Notes under the pieces: model-generated
The model's database searches: none
Told to the model about the DNA's origin: nothing
What the model saw: the letters and a program-made list of their open reading frames with translations, nothing else
Origin: Candidatus Saccharimonadota bacterium
Lineage (GTDB): Bacteria; Patescibacteriota; Gracilibacteria; UBA4473
NCBI GenBank assembly: GCA_965228485.1
Contig: OZ245819.1
Coordinates: 600,001-632,000 of the forward strand
Reading direction: 5' to 3'
DNA length: 32,000 nucleotides
In this document: in pieces, positions 16,503 to 24,148 of the stretch
Layout: each line of letters opens with the position of its first letter
How positions within the stretch are numbered: the first letter of the stretch is position 1
Position numbers and translations under genes: made by a program

Positions 16503-19355
16503 CTACTCCGTTTTTGGAGCCGTTTCTTCAGGCGAAACTGGAGCCAATGATTTATCTGAAGTTGCCGCTTGTGCAATAGTTGTTCCGACTGGTGCTTCTG
16601 CTGGTGCTTCAGGTTTATCGGTTAATAATTGGTCTGGGACCGTCGGATCTTTTTTAGCGGCATCTTCAATAGCGCTTAAATTTCCAATTCCCATTCGTGC
16701 TTCGATTTCAGCATCTACAAATTCTTTCTTACGACCGTATTTCATCCGAGAATATTTATGAATAATCTCCGCAATTTTCCAGTTCTTCAATGTTGGGTCG
16801 TACAACGTCTCCATAGAGAACGGCCGCGAAGTAGTATTATTAATATTTAGCTTGATGTAGGCTTTATAATTCGCAATTCCAAGAATGTCCTGCTGAGATA
16901 ATGATGGAGAATATTCTTTTTCTAAGTATTCAGCATCATCCGCCCCGACTTTAAAACTCATCATTGTTCCCACATTCCCAAATACGGCATCTCGAATTTT
17001 TGAATCTTTTTGTCCAACCGCTACTCCTCCAGCAGATTCTGATAACTGAGCGATGTACTGATGGGCCATGATAAGATTTAATCGGTACTTACGAGCCTCA
17101 GAAAGGATAGCCGCAAAAGTATCGGTCGCAAAATTCTGAAACTCATCCACATAGAGGTAAAAATCTTTCCGTTCATCCGCCGGTTGATCCACCCGACTCA
17201 TTGCCGCCTGATTGATTTTCGCCACCATAATCAACCCTAAAAGCTGGGCATTAATAGCTCCTATTCGCCCTTTCGAAAGATTGATTAAAAGTACTTTTTG
17301 ATTATCCATAGCTTCACGTACATTAAAGGCTGATTTTGTCTGTCCAATGATGTTACGCATAGTCGTGTTCGTCACGAATGGACCAAATTTAGAAGTGAAG
17401 TACGGAATCATTTCTTGTTTTTCTCGGTCTCCAGTATTCGCCATTTCATTTTCCCAGAAGGCTCTTACGACTGGATTTTTTACCTTAGAAACTTTGTAAC
17501 GCTGAAAATCATCATCAATAAACAACCGTGGAATATCAATAAGGGTCGCGCCTTCCTCTTCGTCTGACATAAGCGTCAAACAACCATTACGAAAGTAATG
17601 CTGAATACGTGGACCAAAGATTTCATTTCCGAAAAGCTTGATGAAGATTTCCATGGCATCAAGCGAAGCTCTATCTTGCTCTTCTTCGGTTTTGGCCTCA
17701 AGCACATTAAGTCCCATTGGACGATCTCGATCCCCTGGATCGAAAACAACAATATCTTTGGCTCGTTCTTTAGGTGTACAAGAAAGCACATCTTCTACAA
17801 GATCACCATGAGGATCAATCACACAGACACCCTCTCCCGCATGAACATCCTGCCAAGCCATATTCCACAAGAGCACCGATTTCCCCGAACCAGATTTCCC
17901 CACTACATAGGTATGTCTCGTACGATCGTTTCGGAGCATATGCACTAACCGTTCTTCTCCCCGATAAACATTTTTACCAAGGATAACCCCTTCTTGTGGC
18001 AGATTAATAGGGGGTGGTAGTACTTTGTAATCCATCCAACGAATGGTTGGAATACGGTTATAACGAGCATCTGGAAAATGGAAAATTGTTCCAAGCTCTT
18101 CAGAAGCCAGAATAGAATTAAATTCAAAAAGATTACTCAATCTTAATCGGTAATTGTGATGAATAATCGGACTATTAATTTTATTGATAAAAAAGATTCG
18201 TCGATTTTCAAAATAGTTTTTCCCCTTACCTTTAAAAGCATTGAAGGCAACAAAAATACCATTCAAAATTTCCTGACATTTGTCGGGACCATGAGGAGTA
18301 GAAACCATCACTCGGGTAATCGTGTCAAACCCAGATTGAAGCGCTTTCTCCCCAATAGCTTTAGCTACCTCTTCTTCAGACTGCAGCATTCGAACGTAAC
18401 TATCTCCCCCACTGGCGCCTGGAGCATTTGTTCCTCCGTCAACCGCTGGATCATATCCAGTCATCATAACTTTTGGTAGCCACCAAATAGCACTTAAAAT
18501 TGGTCCAATAATCGGAACATCTAAATGACCTTTTTTCTTTTTCCCTTTGAATAGTCGAGTTCCTTCTTTCTGAGCTTTTTTTCTCCATCTTTTTGATTTT
18601 GGATGAATCACCATTTGAACCACAGCTTTTTCAGACTTATCCAGCTTAGAAAAAGAATTGGCCACCTCATTAAGGGCATCATCTTCTAGATTTTTATAAG
18701 TCTGAATTGGATACCAAAAATCCTCTTTTGTATAAAGATAAAACCCATTCACATAAGCATTATTTGTTTTAAGATCGATACGCTTATCTTTTGGGATTTC
18801 TTCAATTTCAGCTGATTCATAAAAAGAAGTTACCAGCTTCTGAATAATTGATTTGTAATAAGGATCACAAACAATTACAAAACTCAATTCTTGTTCCTCA
18901 AATTGAAGCTCAAATGAAATCTGAGGTTTCCCCCAAATCCAACGCTTAATAAAAACATTGTAGAGATTCAAGTCACGTGTCTCATGAAGTGCTCGATAAA
19001 ACTGTTCCGCTTTTCCTATCTGTTCTTTGAAATCTTTATCGGTCCGTTTTTCATTATCTAATTTCGAATCATTCTTTGGAAGAATTACTCTCATATGAAT
19101 TAATCGCCCCTCTTCTTTTCGATCGTGGATATACCGTATAGTGAAACGGATTAACACGAAAAGTGTATAGATATCTAAAGCTAAAAACACTCCATGAGTA
19201 ATAATCTGCCACCACTCCATTTGAGCATTAATTGTCGACCAAGGATCAGCTTCCGTAAACCATGCCGTAATCAACAAAAAAGCCAAGCGCATTCGATATG
19301 CACTTCGGGCAATTATGCCAATTCTGAGCAAGATTATTTTTAGGAGTGTTCCCAT
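16503..19355 (-). CDS. Membrane-anchored VirD4/TraD/TraG-like (type IV coupling protein-like) P-loop ATPase
   Basis: Two N-terminal hydrophobic helices and a ~400-aa domain I do not recognise. Walker A VVGKSGSGKSVLL lies at nt 17877-17900. Walker B is FYLYVDEFQNF, followed by ARKYRLNLIMAHQYIAQL, as in the TraD/VirD4/FtsK-HerA clade. The C-terminal tail is disordered, acidic and Pro/Ala-rich. Confidence 0.75.
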   Translation of the reverse strand: MGTLLKIILLRIGIIARSAYRMRLAFLLITAWFTEADPWSTINAQMEWWQIITHGVFLALDIYTLFVLIRFTIRYIHDRKEEGRLIHMRVILPKNDSKLDNEKRTDKDFKEQIGKAEQFYRALHETRDLNLYNVFIKRWIWGKPQISFELQFEEQELSFVIVCDPYYKSIIQKLVTSFYESAEIEEIPKDKRIDLKTNNAYVNGFYLYTKEDFWYPIQTYKNLEDDALNEVANSFSKLDKSEKAVVQMVIHPKSKRWRKKAQKEGTRLFKGKKKKGHLDVPIIGPILSAIWWLPKVMMTGYDPAVDGGTNAPGASGGDSYVRMLQSEEEVAKAIGEKALQSGFDTITRVMVSTPHGPDKCQEILNGIFVAFNAFKGKGKNYFENRRIFFINKINSPIIHHNYRLRLSNLFEFNSILASEELGTIFHFPDARYNRIPTIRWMDYKVLPPPINLPQEGVILGKNVYRGEERLVHMLRNDRTRHTYVVGKSGSGKSVLLWNMAWQDVHAGEGVCVIDPHGDLVEDVLSCTPKERAKDIVVFDPGDRDRPMGLNVLEAKTEEEQDRASLDAMEIFIKLFGNEIFGPRIQHYFRNGCLTLMSDEEEGATLIDIPRLFIDDDFQRYKVSKVKNPVVRAFWENEMANTGDREKQEMIPYFTSKFGPFVTNTTMRNIIGQTKSAFNVREAMDNQKVLLINLSKGRIGAINAQLLGLIMVAKINQAAMSRVDQPADERKDFYLYVDEFQNFATDTFAAILSEARKYRLNLIMAHQYIAQLSESAGGVAVGQKDSKIRDAVFGNVGTMMSFKVGADDAEYLEKEYSPSLSQQDILGIANYKAYIKLNINNTTSRPFSMETLYDPTLKNWKIAEIIHKYSRMKYGRKKEFVDAEIEARMGIGNLSAIEDAAKKDPTVPDQLLTDKPEAPAEAPVGTTIAQAATSDKSLAPVSPEETAPKTE

Positions 19356-19372
19356 GTGAATAAAATCCCTTA

Positions 19373-19401
19373 ATTATAATGCATTTTAAGGCTTTTTTCA
19401 A
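19373..19401 (-). promoter_or_regulatory. Sigma-70-type promoter for the ATPase gene (TTGAAA-N17-TATAAT)
   Basis: The minus strand reads TTGAAAaaagccttaaaatgcatTATAAT. The -10 element ends 17 nt upstream of the ATG at 19355. Confidence 0.45.
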
Positions 19402-19423
19402 TGGAAAGCTCTAGACAAACAAC

Positions 19424-19458
19424 AAAAAAACCAGATTTGATACTAAACCTGGTTTTTT
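19424..19458 (-). terminator. Rho-independent terminator after the 1437-aa gene
   Basis: Minus-strand RNA has the stem CCAGGUUU, loop agtatc, stem AAAUCUGG (one G-U pair), then U7. It lies 19 nt downstream of the stop at 19477. Confidence 0.6.
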
Positions 19459-19476
19459 GTAAAAATTTGAGACTTT

Positions 19477-22400
19477 TTATCCTTGAACCTCTTCTCTCCA
19501 ATCAGTTCCAAGGAATTGCTCTAGAATTGGAGGCGTTGCCTCAAGTAGTCGAAGGTCAAAATTAACGACTAAACTTGGCTCTGGAACAGGGAATCCGTTG
19601 GCATCCACTGGCGCTACCGAAGTATCTCCAATGTATTTTCGGAAACTCAACAAGTGCGCTAGATTACCGATAAGATTTCCTGAAACATTAAGTTGTTTAT
19701 CAGAAATGTCATCATTCTTGGCCTTAATTTGTCCTCGTTCCACTAGGAATGTACCATGAATTTCTTCAACATTTTTATCAATCAATATATCTCCATCTTG
19801 TACTACAAAAGCTACAAAGTGAGGACTCGGAATATTATTGAAGTCGCTATTGATGATAAGATCACCATTTTCAACAATGAATGTTACACTTCGAGTAAGG
19901 CCTGCAATATTCACAGAATCTAAATCCAGATCTCCATTGTAGAAGTAAACTCCTGATTCATACTCATGTGTTCGGAAGTTATTTCCAAAAGCACTTTGTG
20001 TTTGAGTATTTTGATTTAGATTTTCATAGAAATCGTTATTATCAACGTTCTGAAAGTTCCCAAGCTCATCAAATTCGTCCATCGTTAGTACGTCTGGCAC
20101 AAACAAGTTGTTATCACTCATGATTTCACTAATTGTTTGTGGTTTCCCTGTTACTTTTTCGGCCTGAGAAGACTGAATTCCTACATTCCCCGCTTTGGCT
20201 CGAATAAATGGTCTGATAATTTGAACCTGAGCGCTTGAACCGAGTGAAGAGATACTTCGAACGTACTGCTCCAGAGTCGGAGGTGTACAAGCATTATCTC
20301 CAATACCAATTCGTTTAAATCCTGTGGCACTTGTAGCTCGATTTCTGTACGTGTACTCAATCACCGCAAAGGCTACATTTTTAAGTTGAGAAGTATCTTT
20401 TTCAGACGCTAGAGCTGTATTCATATCATAATGAACTTTGTATTGTGCAAACCCTGCATTGTTCAGATCGCCAATTTCAGTTGAAGTAAGCGTTCTTTCA
20501 AAGTAATCTTTATCTTCGGCACAGTTCCCTGGTTTACCACACCATCTCCAAGTGGCATTATCATCTCCATCAATAATTCCGTGTCGATTCCAGATATTCC
20601 CAGATTCCTCTGGGATCATCATGTCGTAGACTTTGATTTTCCCCGTTAGAATTTCGTAAGCCGTTTTATCAAAGTTAAGATTATCAACCGTAATTTCGTA
20701 GGTAACAATGTCTGATTTAGATACGGTGATTTTTTTCACTAGAGAGCCACTATCATTATTTTTTACCTGTTTATTAATCGTTGCTCCAACATTGAAACAC
20801 TCTGGACAATCTCCTACTGGCTCACAAGGAGTTGGCGGATGTGGAGGCTGGATAGTGCCACATTGTGCGGCAATTTCTGCTGAGGTAGGAGAAGCAAATG
20901 GATCAATAACTCCTCCAATATTAGCTCCACAGAGCTTAAGGTCTTGATTTTCTGCCCAATCCAATACACAAGATCGTTCTCGAGTATTAGCCGTATTTCG
21001 TGGTTCTGTATTTCCTACTACACAATTCCGGTATGACTGCCATAGAGGATCACTCGGATCTTCTACTGGCCGACGGTTTGTACATTGTTGTGCTCCAGTA
21101 TTTGGATGGATAGTACACGTTCCTACTCGTGGAATAGTGTCTCCACTACCCCCTCCTGTATCAATCGTTACATTACTTGGATCTTCATCATTTACTTGTG
21201 GATCTCCATTTACTGGATCTCCTGTTACTCGAGCGATATTTGTGAAAGCTGAAGTAACATTTTCTAACTCACAAACGTAAGTGAATGACTCATTTGAATC
21301 GAATATCCCATCCGCATTGCCAGTGGCTTGAATCAATGGCAATGTTTGAGCGGCTGTTCGCTCACAGTCTGGAGCGAGTAGATCCGTCACAATTACATTT
21401 GTAAGGCTTTCGGTTCCATCATTAGTAACCTTAATGGTAAAGGTGGCTGTTCCGCCTCCTACTGGCATTTCTTGGGTATCATGCCCATCACTATCAGGAG
21501 TTCCTGGAGTTGAGTCATCTTTATCAATATCAATAGAAGGTCCTGTTGGATTTCCTGGGATAACCACTTCTGTTGGATCGGTATCATTTACGATTTGATC
21601 ATCTACCACAGATTCCCCTGTAACCGTTGCTGTATTCGTATAAGAGTCTGTTACATTTGTATCTTCACAGGTATAAGTAAACGATTCTCCTGGATCGAAA
21701 ATATTATCTCGATTCCCAACCGCTTGGATCAATGGTAAAGCTTGAGCGATAGTTCGAGCACAGTTTGGTTCTCTCCCATCGTCAATTCGTACATTCTTAA
21801 GTCCTTCACTTCCCGTATTTGTTACCTGAATCGTAAAGATTGCTGTTCCTCCACGAGCGACTCGTTGAGTATCATCTCCATCTGTATCTGGATCTCCTGG
21901 AGTCGAGTCATCTTTGTCGATTTCAATAGCTGGAGCATCCTCTACCCTTACCTCTGTTGGATCTTCATCGGTAACTGTTGTACCAGAGCCAACTCCAACC
22001 CCACTTACTTGAGAATCATTATCCCCATCAACAAATGTTGTCGTTTGTACATTCTCTTTCGTACAAGTGTAAGAGAATGAATTTCCTGGAGAAAGAACAT
22101 TGTCACCATTTTCAACGGCTTGAATTAGTGGAAGTGTCTGAGCGGCTGTTCGAGCACAATCAGTAGCTTCCGCATCAGTAATAACAATATCTCGAAGTCC
22201 TTCTGTTCCGGTATTGGTTACTTTAATCGTAAAGGTCGCTGTTCCTCCTGGAACGACTACCTGTGTATCATCTCCATCATTATCGGCTGTTCCCGGAGTT
22301 GAATCATCTTTATCAATTTTGATATCTGGTCCTGCTGGTGGTCCTACAACCACTTCTGTAGGGTCAGTATCCGTTACTTTTGTTGTATCATCATACGTAG

Positions 22401-23790
22401 ATATTCCTTCTGTATAAGCTACATTTGTATAACTAGCTGTTACGTTTGTATCCTGACAGGCGTAAGTAAACGACTCTCCTGGATCGAAAATATTGTCTCG
22501 ATTTCCAATCGCTTGAATCAATGGTAGTGCTTGGGCAACTGTTCGAGCACAACTTGGTGCTAAAGTATCGTTAACCAACACATCTTTTAATCCAGTTTCT
22601 CCATCGTTAGTTACTTTGATAGTAAAGTTTGCCGTTCCTCCAACTTCAACTCGCTGAGTATCATGGCCATCATTGTCAGGCGTTCCTGGAGTTGAGTCAT
22701 CTTTATCAATTTTGATTGAAGGATTTGGTTTTCGAATATTAACGGTATCACCACAAAGGTTACGGCTATCTGGATTCTTAATATTACATCTTAATGTCGC
22801 TCCATCATTTGCCGACATTGGAATAGTAATTAGTTTATTTCCGTTAGCAGAGACTGTTTCATCAATATTAACACCTGTTCCAGATCCTCCACATACAAGT
22901 TTACTTCCTGATTCTAAATCTTGAGTTCTCCAAGTAAATCGTACTTGTTCTCCAGCAATAACTTCATCTTTATTAAATTCTGCTTCTTGACAGCTTGGCT
23001 GCGCATCAACAATTTTAAAGTACATTACTACCACTCGAGAATTCCCAGCTGAACCAGCAACATCTCCTAAATTAACCCTAGCTGTTTTCGCGCTAGGTCG
23101 ACTTGAAGAAACAGTTTGATGTGACCAGTTGGTATTCCCATTTGTCTGACAAGTTCCATAAAGACTGTGTCCTGGTGGATAATAATCTGGAAAATTTCTC
23201 TTACCAACCGTCGTTCTTTGAAACTCTAAATCAAAAGTCCCTCCCCCCTGAAGACGAAGATCTACAATATCATTAATTACCTGAGGATTAGCATTACTTG
23301 CTGCAATACTCGACACCACCTTTCTAGGATCGCTCCAGTCTACAGTTACGGTTGTATTTCGCGCATGGTTGATTCCACCACAACCCTGATTAGCATTATT
23401 ATGCACATACGTAAACACACGAATAACATCTCCTTTTCGAAGATTGGTTAATGTATGTTTATAAACCCTCGGGGCATCAGTATTTTTTGCCGCAGTAACA
23501 AAATCCCTCTCATCATCCAAATTCCCAAGCCCATTAGAAGCAATATATGCCGCTCGTTGACTATCTGAAATTGTCCAAGGCATATGTCCTCTAACCTGAG
23601 GAAGCCACGGCTGATTATGAATTAGATTAAATTGAACAGAATTCCCAATACCACTATTTACATTAATCCCATTAACTCGTTTATTAGATCGGTTATTAGG
23701 AAAAAAATCACCTGACCCAGCATACGTTGCGGTGGGCAAGAAAATAGATAGCACTAGGCTAGCGGCAACCGTTTTAAAACATCTCATCAT
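19477..23790 (-). CDS. Giant secreted surface protein with four DUF11-type (conserved repeat domain) repeats
   Basis: Signal peptide MMRCFKTVAASLVLSIFLPTATYA|GS. Four ~131-aa repeats start xIxIDKDDSTPGxxDxDGxDTQ and contain GGTAxFTIKVTNxG (the DUF11 hallmark) plus a Cys pair. A Cys-rich region follows, then a C-terminal ~180-aa domain. No LPXTG motif or TM anchor was seen. Confidence 0.8.
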   Translation of the reverse strand: MMRCFKTVAASLVLSIFLPTATYAGSGDFFPNNRSNKRVNGINVNSGIGNSVQFNLIHNQPWLPQVRGHMPWTISDSQRAAYIASNGLGNLDDERDFVTAAKNTDAPRVYKHTLTNLRKGDVIRVFTYVHNNANQGCGGINHARNTTVTVDWSDPRKVVSSIAASNANPQVINDIVDLRLQGGGTFDLEFQRTTVGKRNFPDYYPPGHSLYGTCQTNGNTNWSHQTVSSSRPSAKTARVNLGDVAGSAGNSRVVVMYFKIVDAQPSCQEAEFNKDEVIAGEQVRFTWRTQDLESGSKLVCGGSGTGVNIDETVSANGNKLITIPMSANDGATLRCNIKNPDSRNLCGDTVNIRKPNPSIKIDKDDSTPGTPDNDGHDTQRVEVGGTANFTIKVTNDGETGLKDVLVNDTLAPSCARTVAQALPLIQAIGNRDNIFDPGESFTYACQDTNVTASYTNVAYTEGISTYDDTTKVTDTDPTEVVVGPPAGPDIKIDKDDSTPGTADNDGDDTQVVVPGGTATFTIKVTNTGTEGLRDIVITDAEATDCARTAAQTLPLIQAVENGDNVLSPGNSFSYTCTKENVQTTTFVDGDNDSQVSGVGVGSGTTVTDEDPTEVRVEDAPAIEIDKDDSTPGDPDTDGDDTQRVARGGTAIFTIQVTNTGSEGLKNVRIDDGREPNCARTIAQALPLIQAVGNRDNIFDPGESFTYTCEDTNVTDSYTNTATVTGESVVDDQIVNDTDPTEVVIPGNPTGPSIDIDKDDSTPGTPDSDGHDTQEMPVGGGTATFTIKVTNDGTESLTNVIVTDLLAPDCERTAAQTLPLIQATGNADGIFDSNESFTYVCELENVTSAFTNIARVTGDPVNGDPQVNDEDPSNVTIDTGGGSGDTIPRVGTCTIHPNTGAQQCTNRRPVEDPSDPLWQSYRNCVVGNTEPRNTANTRERSCVLDWAENQDLKLCGANIGGVIDPFASPTSAEIAAQCGTIQPPHPPTPCEPVGDCPECFNVGATINKQVKNNDSGSLVKKITVSKSDIVTYEITVDNLNFDKTAYEILTGKIKVYDMMIPEESGNIWNRHGIIDGDDNATWRWCGKPGNCAEDKDYFERTLTSTEIGDLNNAGFAQYKVHYDMNTALASEKDTSQLKNVAFAVIEYTYRNRATSATGFKRIGIGDNACTPPTLEQYVRSISSLGSSAQVQIIRPFIRAKAGNVGIQSSQAEKVTGKPQTISEIMSDNNLFVPDVLTMDEFDELGNFQNVDNNDFYENLNQNTQTQSAFGNNFRTHEYESGVYFYNGDLDLDSVNIAGLTRSVTFIVENGDLIINSDFNNIPSPHFVAFVVQDGDILIDKNVEEIHGTFLVERGQIKAKNDDISDKQLNVSGNLIGNLAHLLSFRKYIGDTSVAPVDANGFPVPEPSLVVNFDLRLLEATPPILEQFLGTDWREEVQG
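21142..22719 (-). repeat. Four tandem ~393-nt coding repeats (DUF11 modules) with an A-B-A-B relationship
   Basis: Repeats start at aa 358, 489, 621 and 752. Repeats 1 and 3 share ARTxAQALPLIQAxGNRDNIFDPGESFTYxCxDTNVTxSYTN. Repeats 2 and 4 share RTAAQTLPLIQA. Confidence 0.85.
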
Positions 23791-23817
23791 AGGTGGATTA
23801 ATTTAGATTTTTGAGAT

Positions 23818-23967
23818 TTAAAGTATTTCTTGAATAGATTCATGTGGAGCAGGCTGAATATTCAGCTCTGGAGGTAAAATCACAGGTCTTGTAAAGTAAT
23901 AAATTAGACCCGCGGCAATTAATACCAATACAATGAATCCGATAAGAGCGTTCTTTTTATTTTTCAT
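23818..23967 (-). CDS. 49-aa single-pass membrane peptide upstream of the giant gene
   Basis: MKNKKNALIGFIVLVLIAAGLIYYFTRPVILPPELNIQPAPHESIQEIL*. It is too short for the ORF track. It has a basic N-terminus and one TM helix, lies 27 nt upstream of the giant gene and just downstream of a strong promoter-like site. Confidence 0.45.
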   Translation of the reverse strand: MKNKKNALIGFIVLVLIAAGLIYYFTRPVILPPELNIQPAPHESIQEIL

Positions 23968-23988
23968 GGAATTTTATTTATTCTGACT

Positions 23989-24017
23989 ATTTTACCACAG
24001 ATTCTATCACTTCGCAA
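23989..24017 (-). promoter_or_regulatory. Extended -10 promoter (TTGCGA-N17-TAAAAT with TGTGG upstream)
   Basis: The minus strand reads TTGCGAagtgatagaatcTGTGGTAAAAT. The -10 element ends 21 nt upstream of the small-ORF ATG. Confidence 0.45.
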
Positions 24018-24092
24018 CCAAAGTCTCAATCCGTATTTTGTCCAATATCTTTATATTTGTATATTACATTTTTTGTTTTTGTCAAATATTAT

Positions 24093-24124
24093 AAAAAAAA
24101 CCTTCAATTTCTTGAAGGTTTTTT
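24093..24124 (-). terminator. Rho-independent (bidirectional-looking) terminator after the Hint-domain gene
   Basis: Perfect 9-bp stem AACCTTCAA / TTGAAGGTT with loop TTTC. It is flanked by an A8 run on one side and a T-run on the other. It lies ~25 nt downstream of the TGA-TAA stop. Confidence 0.65.
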
Positions 24125-24148
24125 ACTTTTCTACTTATCTCAGTATTA

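Noticed and set aside
16384-16761. 125-aa plus-strand ORF bridging the pyrE start and the ATPase gene end
   Set aside because: It is antisense to two well-supported genes, has Ala/Ser-rich low-complexity content, and shows no motif.
20708-22924. Several 60-110-aa plus-strand ORFs inside the giant gene, and similar antisense ORFs inside the 894-aa and ATPase genes
   Set aside because: They are antisense to long ORFs with domain support. Repeat-derived antisense frames stay open by chance.
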